In this document: positions 25,369 through 34,817 of the stretch, piece by piece | Position numbering within the stretch: the stretch's first letter is position 1 | Layout of the letters: each line of letters starts with the position of its first letter | Virus record (IMG/VR): IMGVR_UViG_3300027813_001600 | Span: 1 to 39,320 of that record | Reading direction: 5' to 3' (one strand) | Origin: a virus | Taxonomy: Duplodnaviria > Caudoviricetes | DNA length: 39,320 bases | Notes under the pieces: generated by a model | What the model was told of the DNA's origin: nothing | The model's input: only the letters and a program-made list of their open reading frames with translations | The model's database searches: none | Program-made: the position numbers and the translations under genes

Positions 25369-27041
25369 TACTCACCAGTGGCGTCTATTATCGTTTTTCT
25401 ATTTCTTATTTTAAATTCTAATTGCGATAGATCATCGCCGGGCATTGCACTAGCTACTAGCACATCAATTGATTCATTAACTGTATCACTATCGGCATCT
25501 TGTACTAATACTGAAAACTTAATGACATCTTCATAAGCAACTAATCCTGTGTAGTTAAAAGAATCTGACAGTGTTATAGACTTCGACAGTCCGTTAACAT
25601 TCAATGTAAGAGTTCCTGTACGTGTTGCTGAGTAGTTCCTGCTTGATAAAATATAATCGATATCAAACTGCTGACTCGCAATATCAGGTTCACCCGGAAG
25701 TCTAAAACGTGTTTGTGCTGCGCCTTGGGTGATGCTGTTTAGTACATGTGTTTCGCCAAACTCCGCAGTAACAGCACCTTCAATTTCAGGAAGGTATGCA
25801 TAATTAGTCCAGTAACCAGGAGTATAAGATAATACTGCTGTTCTTGCAAAGTAATCGCCTACAGATGTATTGCCAGGAACACTATACTTAATCACTGAGT
25901 CGGTTGCAAGGTATTCGGCGCCGCCATTAGTTCCTACCATAGTGTAGTAGTTGTCGCTACTTACGTTACCTTTACCAAACTTAACACTTACTGCGCTTTT
26001 ATTAATGTTGTTGAAGTTACATGAATTCCAACGGTTGTTGTATGGTCCAGATTCTTTACCAGAATTGTCAGCCGAGTCTAATGTTACTAGGCCGGTGCCA
26101 AAAGTAAGTCCCCAGGATAGTGTATTGAAGTTACAAAACTTCCATATATTATTATGTATATCCCAGTCACTTATTACTGCATATGAAAATCCAACATAGT
26201 TACATTCTTCAAATATGTTGTTCTTTGTTTCAACTGTGCCGCTTAAACTATTCATCTCAACAGCAACATCAGTAGTTGCAACGGCTGCACCACTCACCCA
26301 AGGACCTTTAAATTTTACGTCCTTAAACTTACTGTCCTTGCAGTTATTAAGCACAAGTGCTTTATTAGGTACAGTTGTTTCTAAAGTAATACCTTCTAGT
26401 CTAATATTAGTAGGTTGATTAAGTGTTGTAGTTGATGCGTTTGCAGCTGGAGTTCCAACAATACTACTACTGTTTACAGTATCAAACATTGTCGTTACTG
26501 CTGTTGTAGTTCTAATAATAGTTTTGTCTGCTCCTGCGCCTACTAGTGTAGCATATGGAGGAATATGTATAGTACTGTCAATAACATATATACCTGGTTC
26601 AAGGTGTAGTATTACTCTACTTTGTTCGCTGCCTTTAATAGCATCATTTAAGTATAATTGGTCAATTGCTGCTTGTAATTTTGTAGTTGCTACTTGGCTT
26701 ACTACTCCTGTAAGTCCAAACGATCTAACACTTATTCTGTCGTCAAGTCTTGCTTGCAAACTTCTACGTACTGGGCTATCAACTGTGCCACCTGTTAGTA
26801 GGAAAGCATCTGCCTGTCTGTATGTATATGTGTCAGCTAGTGCAAAAATATTATCGTATTGCGTTAGCAACTTAGTATTACCAACTGCCGGAGAGCCTTC
26901 TGCTACGCTTCCATTACCGATATATAATTCTTGTGTATCAACTGCCCACCCAAATTCACCAGACGCTAGTTGTGGTAACCCACTTCCTAAATTCTTTTGT
27001 CCTCGCCTGATTTGTATACGTGATATTTGAACTACGGCCAT
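25368..27041 (-). CDS. Virion tail/fibre-associated protein with pectate-lyase-like beta-helix
   Basis: N-terminal SRIQIRRG...LASGEFGWAVDTQELYIGNG phage adaptor; ISVRSFG...LQAAID...LEPGIY...LVGAG beta-helix cap; TAAATA upstream. Confidence 0.8.
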   Translation of the reverse strand: MAVVQISRIQIRRGQKNLGSGLPQLASGEFGWAVDTQELYIGNGSVAEGSPAVGNTKLLTQYDNIFALADTYTYRQADAFLLTGGTVDSPVRRSLQARLDDRISVRSFGLTGVVSQVATTKLQAAIDQLYLNDAIKGSEQSRVILHLEPGIYVIDSTIHIPPYATLVGAGADKTIIRTTTAVTTMFDTVNSSSIVGTPAANASTTTLNQPTNIRLEGITLETTVPNKALVLNNCKDSKFKDVKFKGPWVSGAAVATTDVAVEMNSLSGTVETKNNIFEECNYVGFSYAVISDWDIHNNIWKFCNFNTLSWGLTFGTGLVTLDSADNSGKESGPYNNRWNSCNFNNINKSAVSVKFGKGNVSSDNYYTMVGTNGGAEYLATDSVIKYSVPGNTSVGDYFARTAVLSYTPGYWTNYAYLPEIEGAVTAEFGETHVLNSITQGAAQTRFRLPGEPDIASQQFDIDYILSSRNYSATRTGTLTLNVNGLSKSITLSDSFNYTGLVAYEDVIKFSVLVQDADSDTVNESIDVLVASAMPGDDLSQLEFKIRNRKTIIDATGE

Positions 27042-27084
27042 GATTCGCTTCTCCTGAAATATTATTAGTATTTATCCGTGTAGA

Positions 27085-27507
27085 CTATATACTGTCAACG
27101 CTCACGGGTTGTCTACCAGACCGATACAACACATCAACTATTTTATTTTTCTTTACTGCATAATCATGTGTATACCAAGTGCCACCGCGTGGTTGCCATT
27201 CGTTTACATTTGGAACAACAATAAGAAAATCAGTAGATTCTACTATTTTTCTATTTCGTTCAAGATAACCTAATGGTTCACGAATTTCATCATAGACAGT
27301 ATATGCTCTTAATGATGAACTAGTAGGTGGATGGGATACTATATAATGACCTAACTCTTTTGCAAGACATGCTACTTCGGCATCGACGCCATTGCAATCT
27401 CCGTGGTGTATTTCAAACTTTTCATCACGATCTAGATACTCATGTATTAACTCAAACTGAGTTTCATTCATACCATCGCGAGTGCCAGTGATGCCGATCT
27501 TAGTCAT
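27085..27507 (-). CDS. SLOG (DprA/LOG/YspA-like) superfamily protein
   Basis: KIGITGTRDG, IHHGDCNGVDAE, YLERNRKIV, RGGTWYTHDYA. Real start MTKIGI at 27507. Confidence 0.8.
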   Translation of the reverse strand: MTKIGITGTRDGMNETQFELIHEYLDRDEKFEIHHGDCNGVDAEVACLAKELGHYIVSHPPTSSSLRAYTVYDEIREPLGYLERNRKIVESTDFLIVVPNVNEWQPRGGTWYTHDYAVKKNKIVDVLYRSGRQPVSVDSI

Positions 27508-27517
27508 CTTAGTTGAT

Positions 27518-28225
27518 TCATGCGTGTAGTTCATAATAGGTATAAACTCTGTTGTACCATTCGGTTCGCCACTCATCATATTCATCTGGCCATACATCAA
27601 ACTGTTGATATGTTTCTCCGCCAAGTTCCATGCCATCATCTCCGCGACTACACATAAAGATATGTCCTTCACGTATGTTAGTATTGTGGATTGCATTGTG
27701 TGCTTCTGCATACGCTACTAGCTGTAAGAAGTAGTTTTGTACATACTCTAGCTTCTTAGGCTTGTTGGTCTGTTTAAAGTCCATTATACAAGGCTGTCCT
27801 TTGTACTGTCCAACTAGGTCAGTTGTGCCTGCATACATTTGCGGAACATAAAGAGCAACTTCGCTACCCCAAATTTCATCTACATCACACATGGCATGCT
27901 TAACTACTTCCTGTGCCATCTTGTGTGCTTTCTTAGCAAACGGATTGCTTCCAGGTGTAGGAAGTTCACCAAAGTCAACATAGTCTTCAAGATACTTGTG
28001 CATACGTGTGCCAACACCTGCGGCTTCAGTAACAACTTCTTGTGCTTTCTTTTCACCTACACGCTTACGCCATTGCATAAGTCCTGTCTTGTCACTAGTT
28101 GCATCAAGAATAGTTGTGACACTGGCAACAGCATGACCTTCAGGAGTCATGTACTTGCGCTTGCCGTCTATTTGCTTACGTGATATTGGTTGATAGTCGT
28201 ACTTGGGTTTAATTAAACTTGTCAT
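27518..28225 (-). CDS. PD-(D/E)XK exonuclease (Cas4/MGME1-like phage exonuclease)
   Basis: SVTTIL, GTRMH, YAGTTDLV, IMDFKQ, YFLQLVAY. Confidence 0.9.
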   Translation of the reverse strand: MTSLIKPKYDYQPISRKQIDGKRKYMTPEGHAVASVTTILDATSDKTGLMQWRKRVGEKKAQEVVTEAAGVGTRMHKYLEDYVDFGELPTPGSNPFAKKAHKMAQEVVKHAMCDVDEIWGSEVALYVPQMYAGTTDLVGQYKGQPCIMDFKQTNKPKKLEYVQNYFLQLVAYAEAHNAIHNTNIREGHIFMCSRGDDGMELGGETYQQFDVWPDEYDEWRTEWYNRVYTYYELHA

Positions 28226-28251
28226 ATAGGTATTGCTCCGTATTTGTTACT

Positions 28252-28280
28252 ATTGTAACAGAGTTTTAACTAGATGTCAA
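28252..28280 (-). promoter_or_regulatory. sigma70-type promoter
   Basis: TTGACA-17-TACAAT upstream of the exonuclease. Confidence 0.75.
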
Positions 28281-28287
28281 GTGTTTT

Positions 28288-28686
28288 TTAAAGTTTGGCG
28301 CCGACGTCAGTTGCTGACTTAGCCATACCAGCAACTGTGTTGTTGCCTGTAGTATCACCTTGCGGTGTTTCAGTTGCCTGCTGTTTAGTTTTTGGTACAA
28401 TGCCTTTTTCATTAAAGTTTTGTACCATGGCTTTTACTCTTGGATCTGTATCATATGCTGCTTTAAACGTACCGTAGTCGAATGCTTCTGCACCTACGTT
28501 TTGCATAAGTTTATTTAAATCAATGTTCTTTGAGTCTGTTCTAATATCATTAGCAGTCGGCTTATCAAAGTGCAGAAATAAAGAAACGCCTTGTTGATCG
28601 GCGCTTCCTATTACTGTTCTTAAAACTTGTACTAATGTGGATGAAACATCTACTGATGCTTCTTCACACAGTTCAAATACTTTCAT
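28288..28686 (-). CDS. Hypothetical late/virion protein
   Basis: 132 aa, MKVFELCEE N-terminus. Confidence 0.7.
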   Translation of the reverse strand: MKVFELCEEASVDVSSTLVQVLRTVIGSADQQGVSLFLHFDKPTANDIRTDSKNIDLNKLMQNVGAEAFDYGTFKAAYDTDPRVKAMVQNFNEKGIVPKTKQQATETPQGDTTGNNTVAGMAKSATDVGAKL

Positions 28687-28691
28687 TTATT

Positions 28692-29735
28692 TTACTTTCC
28701 AGGCTTACTTAAAATTGATCCTAGTCTACGTGAAGTTTCGATCATTTTCTTTTTTTGCATACGTGACTCACGCTTTGCTCTGCCTGCTTCGTCATCACCA
28801 CCAGCTGCTGGTGCTGCTGCACCAAACTCGTCTCCAACTTCTAGGTCTGCTTCCATATCCATGTCATCTGTTGGTTCCATAGCTACGTCATCAACAGGTG
28901 CTTCTGCGCCCATATCCATTGGTGGTGCTTCGCCTTCACCTGTTAGCATGCCAACGCCTGTTGTCAATGCAATACGTGTTGTTTCCATTGATGCGTATAG
29001 TTGCTCTAGTGCCGGCTTAACTGCCATTGTAAATGCTTCACTTTGTTGTGCGCCCATTTCGTCACGGATTGCATCAGCTAGTTCTAGCATGGATTCAGTT
29101 TGCATTTCTGCTGTGTCTTCCATCCAACCAGTTAAACGATCAACCATGTCCTTGGATGCCATTACTAGTTCTGCTTTATCTTCTTCACCTTCTTTTAATA
29201 AGGAAGCATAGTAATTATTAATGATATCTTTTCCTTCGTCTATGTGCTTTGATTCATTTTTCTTTTTAAGGAAAGCTGGCTTATCGTCTGACTTGTCACC
29301 TGGTGTGCCATTGTCATCCATTGGCATCTTACCGTCTGTTGGTTTTGGCTTTGAATCAGCTTTAGTTGCCTTGTCTTCTGGCTTAGTCTTTTGATCCTTG
29401 CCTGACTTCTTATCTAGCATTTTTTGGAACGCTGCCTTCTGTGCTGCTGATTGTGCTTCTTCAAGTGGAGCATCTTGTATATCAGCACGTTCACCTATTG
29501 CAGTATTTAGAACGTCTAGGAAGAGTTTGTTCTTACTGTAAGTTTTATTATGTGATAAACCACCAAAACTTTCATTAGTCTCAATGTCAAATACTTTTGA
29601 CCTAATCTTATTCCTAGCGTCTTGTAGCTGTTCTAATGTAAACGATGCTACGTCAATCTTTGTTCCAAACTTTTTTGCCATTGTTTCATTCAGCTGTTTA
29701 GATGTAGCTGGTTTATTCATGTCTCTAATGTTCAT
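28692..29735 (-). CDS. Probable prohead core/scaffold-like protein
   Basis: Helical and acidic, with several (L/I)xE sites (QLNE, PLEE, HIDE, LLKE, MIE); TAAATA upstream. Function inferred. Confidence 0.5.
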   Translation of the reverse strand: MNIRDMNKPATSKQLNETMAKKFGTKIDVASFTLEQLQDARNKIRSKVFDIETNESFGGLSHNKTYSKNKLFLDVLNTAIGERADIQDAPLEEAQSAAQKAAFQKMLDKKSGKDQKTKPEDKATKADSKPKPTDGKMPMDDNGTPGDKSDDKPAFLKKKNESKHIDEGKDIINNYYASLLKEGEEDKAELVMASKDMVDRLTGWMEDTAEMQTESMLELADAIRDEMGAQQSEAFTMAVKPALEQLYASMETTRIALTTGVGMLTGEGEAPPMDMGAEAPVDDVAMEPTDDMDMEADLEVGDEFGAAAPAAGGDDEAGRAKRESRMQKKKMIETSRRLGSILSKPGK

Positions 29736-29784
29736 TTTTTGCTCTTCCTCAAGTACAATATGTTATTATAGTTATTTATACGTT

Positions 29785-30213
29785 TTATCTGAATATGATA
29801 GAATCCAGGACGTCTTTAGCACGGTTTGTGCGCATCTTTGCTATTTCTAATCTGTTTAAGGATATATCTTTTTTAGCAGGATCTGTTGTTGTTTTGTATG
29901 TGCTGTTAAAAAAGAGTGCATCCATGTAGTTCTTTTGTATAGTATTATCTAACTCCATTACTTTTTTAGTATTATCTTTGCCACTTGATAAACTTTTCGC
30001 AAGAGCAAGTGCTGCTGTCTTACTAAACAGAATTGCTATTTGTTTTTGATCTTTACAATCAAAAATCATAAATCCTTTTTTACTTTCCCTAACTACCATT
30101 TTGCCAATCCGAATACTGTTGCCTTTTTGATAGGGAAACATACTAGGGTCTAGATTAACTTCTATTAGGTCTTGTAGATCTTTAAGTAGTGCTGTGTTTG
30201 TCATTTCTCGCAA
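29785..30213 (-). CDS. Hypothetical phage protein
   Basis: 142-aa ORF in the late operon. Confidence 0.7.
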   Translation of the reverse strand: MREMTNTALLKDLQDLIEVNLDPSMFPYQKGNSIRIGKMVVRESKKGFMIFDCKDQKQIAILFSKTAALALAKSLSSGKDNTKKVMELDNTIQKNYMDALFFNSTYKTTTDPAKKDISLNRLEIAKMRTNRAKDVLDSIIFR

Positions 30214-30397
30214 CCATGATAACGTTGTTCTCTCGTATTTTACTTACCAGACTTTTTCGTATTAGGTTGGTCATTATGACTTGTTGTCTTTCAGTAAGAC
30301 TAGCATAAGGAGTAGGAGCATTTAGATTGTCGAGCTCAACTTTTTCCTCATTGGTCATAAAGATTCTAAAATCTTTTATTAATTCGTTCATCTTCAT
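30182..30397 (-). CDS. Small hypothetical protein (winged-helix-like)
   Basis: LTERQQVIMTNLIRKSLV pattern. Confidence 0.6.
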   Translation of the reverse strand: MKMNELIKDFRIFMTNEEKVELDNLNAPTPYASLTERQQVIMTNLIRKSLVSKIRENNVIMVARNDKHSTT

Positions 30398-30669
30398 TTG
30401 ATAGACTGTAACTGCTTTTGCAGTTGTGCCTTTTGAGCATCAATAGCTCTAATTTGATCTTGTACTTGCTTACGTTGTACTTGTACTTGTTTCTTTCGTT
30501 CTTGTTCAGCCTTTGCCATTGCTTGTGGATCTGCTGGAGCAGGTGTTGCTGCTCCTCCTGTTGGTGCTGCACTTGATGGACCTGCTGCGCTAGTCGCCTG
30601 TGGTGCTTGTGGTTGCCCTGGCATTGCTGGAGGTGCTATTGCTGCTTGATCTAATTCAAAAATTTTCAT
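30394..30669 (-). CDS. Pro/Ala-rich protein with Gln-rich coiled coil
   Basis: MKIFEL N-terminus; ATGA couplings. Confidence 0.7.
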   Translation of the reverse strand: MKIFELDQAAIAPPAMPGQPQAPQATSAAGPSSAAPTGGAATPAPADPQAMAKAEQERKKQVQVQRKQVQDQIRAIDAQKAQLQKQLQSIK

Positions 30670-30962
30670 ACTCTTTTTCTTCCTCTAGCTTTGGGCTTGT
30701 TCATTCCCTGTACACGTTTAGCAATTGGGTTATGTGCTTTAGTAAGGCCTGCTTTACGAGTCATCATTCCGCCTCTACGTGCTTTTGTTTGAGACATTGA
30801 CTTACTTTTTTTAATGTTAATAGGAGCATTACATGCTGCTGGACTTGCGCGAACTTGCCCTTTACGTGGTCCGCCTGTACATCTAAACTTTAAACTTTGT
30901 GATGCACCAGACTTTGCATATGCTCTGGTTGTTCCTTCTTGGAATATTTCAGCTACTCTCAT
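30666..30962 (-). CDS. Highly basic small protein (paralog B)
   Basis: KFRCTGGPRKGQVRASPAACNAPINIKK. Confidence 0.75.
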   Translation of the reverse strand: MRVAEIFQEGTTRAYAKSGASQSLKFRCTGGPRKGQVRASPAACNAPINIKKSKSMSQTKARRGGMMTRKAGLTKAHNPIAKRVQGMNKPKARGRKRV

Positions 30963-31243
30963 CGATTCAACTTTCCTTTGTTTAATCGAATACTAGCTGG
31001 ATTGGTACGCTTGGTCTTCTTTGCCTTGCGAGCCATCTTGCCGCCGAGCCTAGCTCTTGTGCGTTTCATTAACGCTCTTTGTTTAATATTTATTGGTGCA
31101 AAACACTGTGTAGGTTCTGATACAACACGCCCATGACGAAGGCCGCCTGTACATCTGTACTTGCGTACAAGTTTTGTGCCCTTGCGAGCCCATACTTGCT
31201 TTTCATCTAGTTGTGGATCAGTAAAAAACTCTCTTAATAACAT
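30959..31243 (-). CDS. Highly basic small protein (paralog A)
   Basis: KYRCTGGLRHGRVVSEPTQCFAPINIKQ. Confidence 0.75.
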   Translation of the reverse strand: MLLREFFTDPQLDEKQVWARKGTKLVRKYRCTGGLRHGRVVSEPTQCFAPINIKQRALMKRTRARLGGKMARKAKKTKRTNPASIRLNKGKLNR

Positions 31244-31265
31244 ATAGTTATTTATCGAGAGTGTA

Positions 31266-31493
31266 TCAGTTAAGTAATATTACGATAACGATTGATAGTA
31301 AGCTAGCTACGACTGTGCCAGCGGTGCCTATAAGCACTTTAGTAATTGATTTCTGTCCTTCGATCATATCGTTGTGGATATCGTCAATCTTTGTTTCGAC
31401 TTTGCCGAGTCGACCTTCTAACGCTTCATAGCGTATTGCACATAAGTCAACATGTGCTTCTAAGTTTTGTCTTTCTAAGTCGGTTGTCGACAT
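31266..31493 (-). CDS. Coiled-coil protein with C-terminal TM (XhlA/holin-like architecture)
   Basis: AHVDLCAIRYEALEGRLGKVETKID followed by a hydrophobic C-terminus; SD GGAGAG. Confidence 0.65.
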   Translation of the reverse strand: MSTTDLERQNLEAHVDLCAIRYEALEGRLGKVETKIDDIHNDMIEGQKSITKVLIGTAGTVVASLLSIVIVILLN

Positions 31494-31580
31494 TTATTCT
31501 CTCCGTTAAGTACATTGTGTGTTGCCTTGGTGTAAGTATGAAATAAATGCCTGGTAGACTATCTGCCTACAATGTATTTA

Positions 31581-31973
31581 TCATTCTCCGAGCATTTTAA
31601 ATACTATATTGGTATCATTTGGGTGATTGGTGCGGAATACTTTAGTACCAAGTGTTGTAGTTTCGTCTAGGTTTGTTATGACAGGAACAAGGTCAAAGTC
31701 GGTTACTAGCATATCTAATGTCAATGCATCCTCTGCTTCGACATCAAAAGTAAACTCCCAATAGCGTTGCTTGCCTTTGAATGTATCACCGAATCCTAGA
31801 CCTTTAACATCTGCTACTTCGGATTGACAACTAAGCGGTTCTATATTAACACGTAGGCCAATAGTTTGTATCATTGTATGATAGTTTGCTTGTTGATTAT
31901 GTAAATGCTTATCATCGCCACGGCGAGCATTTGTTTGTGTAATATCTACAACTGTTGTTAATATAAATCTCAT
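31581..31973 (-). CDS. Hypothetical late protein
   Basis: 130 aa; ATG 4 nt after TAAATA. Confidence 0.7.
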   Translation of the reverse strand: MRFILTTVVDITQTNARRGDDKHLHNQQANYHTMIQTIGLRVNIEPLSCQSEVADVKGLGFGDTFKGKQRYWEFTFDVEAEDALTLDMLVTDFDLVPVITNLDETTTLGTKVFRTNHPNDTNIVFKMLGE

Positions 31974-31990
31974 ACTGTATTTACAGTCAT

Positions 31991-32021
31991 AAAAAAAGGC
32001 CCACTGTAAAAGTGAGCCTTT
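31991..32021 (-). terminator. Intrinsic terminator
   Basis: AAAGGCTCACT-TTTAC-AGTGGGCCTTTTTTT. Confidence 0.85.
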
Positions 32022-32043
32022 AAATTAGTTATTGTATTAGCTA

Positions 32044-32373
32044 TTAAGCTGCTACGATGAACTGTCCGCCTTCTGTTACTGTTGCTCCTGACAAGTCGAT
32101 TGAATCAACTGTGCCTAGCTCTTGTAGACGTACTTGCATTGCTGCTGCGTTAGTTTGTGATGCGTCATAGCAAATGTTGATCAGTCCAGCTGTGCCTTCA
32201 CTGTTGATAGCGATTGGCTGTAGTTGCTGTGCAATAGCTTCAATAGTGGAACCAATTCCACCCTTAGCTGCTACTGATGCTCCGGCTGCTACTACTGCGA
32301 AGCCGATGTTTGCTGTTGAATAGATCGTTGCGTGTGCATGTCCTAATCCGTTTACTCTTGTTACTGCTGCCAT
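32044..32373 (-). CDS. Probable abundant virion (head decoration-like) protein
   Basis: Ala/Gly-rich 109 aa (MAAVTRVNG). Has its own TAAATA promoter (32431-32436), leader hairpin, strong SD and terminator. Confidence 0.6.
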   Translation of the reverse strand: MAAVTRVNGLGHAHATIYSTANIGFAVVAAGASVAAKGGIGSTIEAIAQQLQPIAINSEGTAGLINICYDASQTNAAAMQVRLQELGTVDSIDLSGATVTEGGQFIVAA

Positions 32374-32461
32374 TTTATATTCTCCTGTTATCTAAATGGA
32401 CCTTCACTCTCTGTGAAGTTCTTGTATATGTATTTAGCATCTGCTGCTAAAAAACAAATCT

Positions 32462-32875
32462 TTATTGCTGATTCTGGGCTCTTTTGTGCAACACTTTAAG
32501 TAATTGTACAAATCCAGGGCCTGCTGTTACTATATCGTCAAGCATTTCAATTGCGGGCTGCATTCCTTGTACATAAGGTGCTGGAATATTCTTACCTTCT
32601 CTAGCAAGTTTTAGGAACAATCTAGCTCGCATTAAGTTTGATGCACCTATAATTAATCTGTAGTACATTATGTTTCGTCCGTCAACTCGTTTAGTAACAC
32701 GGTTCATAGCATTGTTTTCGTCTAGATCTTCTACACTATGGCCGCCTTCTATTGCTGCCCACTCCGCTGCTGTATATCTTGGAGGGTCAGCTGCTTCTAG
32801 TTCTTCTAGAAACTTACTAGCTTCTTCGTCCGTAACTATATCGCCTTCGTTTTGAATTGCACGAATAAAGTCCAT
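32462..32875 (-). CDS. Hypothetical phage protein
   Basis: Likely start MDFIRAIQNE at 32875; the upstream extension overlaps the next gene. Confidence 0.65.
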   Translation of the reverse strand: MDFIRAIQNEGDIVTDEEASKFLEELEAADPPRYTAAEWAAIEGGHSVEDLDENNAMNRVTKRVDGRNIMYYRLIIGASNLMRARLFLKLAREGKNIPAPYVQGMQPAIEMLDDIVTAGPGFVQLLKVLHKRAQNQQ

Positions 32876-32876
32876 A

Positions 32877-33287
32877 TTAGTCTCTTTTAGCTCTCGCTGC
32901 TTGATCTGCTGCCATTGCATCATCTGCATCATCTGGCACATTAAAATCATTGTCATCGTTGTCAGTATCATCTAACCCACTATCAGCATGATCAGCTTTA
33001 AGTGCGCTCTGTGATGTATGAATCTTATCAGCATATGCTAATAGTTTCTTAATAACTTCTATGCTAACACCCGACTTTGCAACTAGTTCTTTTGCATTCT
33101 TAGGACCAAATAGTGCGCCGTAGTTTGTTAGTTGGTCGCCAACTTTAGCCATAACGTTTGATAACTCATCGTCTTTGGTTGTTGTAGCTGCTGTCATTAG
33201 CACTCTACCTAGGTTAGCTAGTTTACGCTGTTCTGGTGAAAGACCAAAGTTATCTGCTACTTCATTTATTACATCATTCATTTTCAT
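32877..33287 (-). CDS. Hypothetical late/virion protein
   Basis: MKMNDVINE N-terminus; acidic tail. Confidence 0.7.
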   Translation of the reverse strand: MKMNDVINEVADNFGLSPEQRKLANLGRVLMTAATTTKDDELSNVMAKVGDQLTNYGALFGPKNAKELVAKSGVSIEVIKKLLAYADKIHTSQSALKADHADSGLDDTDNDDNDFNVPDDADDAMAADQAARAKRD

Positions 33288-33299
33288 AATTTTAATTCC

Positions 33300-34817
33300 T
33301 TATCGTACTACTGATCTATTTGCTCTAGTAAATGTTTGTCTTGGCACAAGTTTAACATCACCTTCTGGGTGCGCTAAAACATATCCTTCACCACCTTTAG
33401 CATGTGTATCTTTTGCTGCCGGGCCGTGGTCACCTATCTCTGCTGTAACATCTGCATCGTGCGAATCAAATTGATTAATAACTTTATCTTTAATTTGCAT
33501 AATACCTGACACCACTTGCCACATTGCATCAAATCCTGCTTGATTGTTTTGAATATGAGTTGCAATGTTCTTTTGTTTGTTTGCTGATAATTTAGAACCT
33601 GCCATCCAATCAAAGAAGTCTGCTCCTAAGTTGTCTAAGCCTGTGTCGACTTTACTGTTAGTATATGTATACAATACTTTTGCAAAGTCAGATATCTTTA
33701 ATGCTACAAGAGCTGCGTTATCTAGTAATTGGTCAATGCTTGCTGCATTCTTTGCTACAATTGCTTTGAGTTGATTAATGTCTTCATCATCAATTTGTGC
33801 TTCTTTAGACACTGTTACGCTAGGTACTATGAATACTTCATTTCCTTCCATTTGCAAATCTTGTGGTACTGGACCTGGTGTTCCAGCTTCGTCTAACAAC
33901 CGGTGAACTACAACACCTGTAGTTGACTGTGCCATGCGCTTGCCCAAATCACTGTTAACATTTACTTTATATGTAACAATGTTAGGAGTAAACGTAAATT
34001 TACCATCAATAACTTCTGGTGTAGTATAATATAACAAGTCACCTAACAAATAACCTCTAAAGTCTTTAGGAGTTGCTTTTTCATATTGATCAAAGATAAC
34101 TGACATACTATTAGCAAACGCAATACGCTTTGGATCTTCTGCGTTCTTGCCTCCGCTGCGTCCTAGTAAATTACTTGCAAGATCTTTACCACTAGTAGCA
34201 CGTTCAACTCCGCCTGATTTAACAAAGCCGCTTTTGTCTGTGAGTATAAACTCACCAGCTTCATTGCGACCAAATACAATAGCTGGAGAACCGTCCCACT
34301 TAACTGTTACGTCTGTGTGACCACCTTGCTCTAAACTCTTAAGGCGTTCTAATGCACGAATTGCTCCTCGACTGCCTTCCCAGAACACAATGTCTTCTGC
34401 GTGATCAATACGAGCGCCTTCGTCCAGTTGAATAGATTCCCCGACAGCTGATCTTGCGTCAGGACCTCTGCCTCTAATCTTTGCTAAAATTTTATCTGTT
34501 TCAGCCTTATCTTTTGGATCTCCAGCAACAGGTTTACCATTGGCAGTCATTTGTCCTGGAATACCAATATCCATGCCGCCTTTATTTCTAATTGTAAAAT
34601 CATTACCAATGCTTACTGGAGGTTGCAATTCACCTGCGCTAACTACAGCCGCTAACCATCTATTGGCAAGTTTTAATTCTTTATACCATATCTCATGAGT
34701 CATTCCTGCATCAAGTTGATAGCCTGCACCCATAGGAAACTGTTGCTTAATTAGTTTTGCATAAACAGCATCACCTTCTAGATTTGTCTCAACTAGTTTA
34801 ATATCACTGTATCTCAT
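33300..34817 (-). CDS. DUF6267-like phage protein with KxDG (covalent nucleotidyltransferase/ligase-like) motif
   Basis: RIDHAED, VTVKWDGSPAIVFGR, GDLLY, FTPNIVTY, GEGYV, VKLVPR..F...N. Confidence 0.7.
   Translation of the reverse strand: MRYSDIKLVETNLEGDAVYAKLIKQQFPMGAGYQLDAGMTHEIWYKELKLANRWLAAVVSAGELQPPVSIGNDFTIRNKGGMDIGIPGQMTANGKPVAGDPKDKAETDKILAKIRGRGPDARSAVGESIQLDEGARIDHAEDIVFWEGSRGAIRALERLKSLEQGGHTDVTVKWDGSPAIVFGRNEAGEFILTDKSGFVKSGGVERATSGKDLASNLLGRSGGKNAEDPKRIAFANSMSVIFDQYEKATPKDFRGYLLGDLLYYTTPEVIDGKFTFTPNIVTYKVNVNSDLGKRMAQSTTGVVVHRLLDEAGTPGPVPQDLQMEGNEVFIVPSVTVSKEAQIDDEDINQLKAIVAKNAASIDQLLDNAALVALKISDFAKVLYTYTNSKVDTGLDNLGADFFDWMAGSKLSANKQKNIATHIQNNQAGFDAMWQVVSGIMQIKDKVINQFDSHDADVTAEIGDHGPAAKDTHAKGGEGYVLAHPEGDVKLVPRQTFTRANRSVVR

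Noticed and set aside
27508-27711. N-terminal extensions given by the track for 27085-27711 (likewise 32462-32971, 14361-14816, 6159-6611)
   Set aside because: They overlap upstream genes; internal starts with better RBS or domain boundaries were chosen.
27518-28225. Cas4-like nuclease as sign of CRISPR-Cas
   Set aside because: No repeat-spacer array or other cas genes were seen, and the Fe-S Cys cluster is absent. It is a common stand-alone phage exonuclease.
30366-30572. Gln-rich alternative-frame ORF
   Set aside because: It is an off-frame by-product of the Pro/Ala-rich gene 30394-30669.
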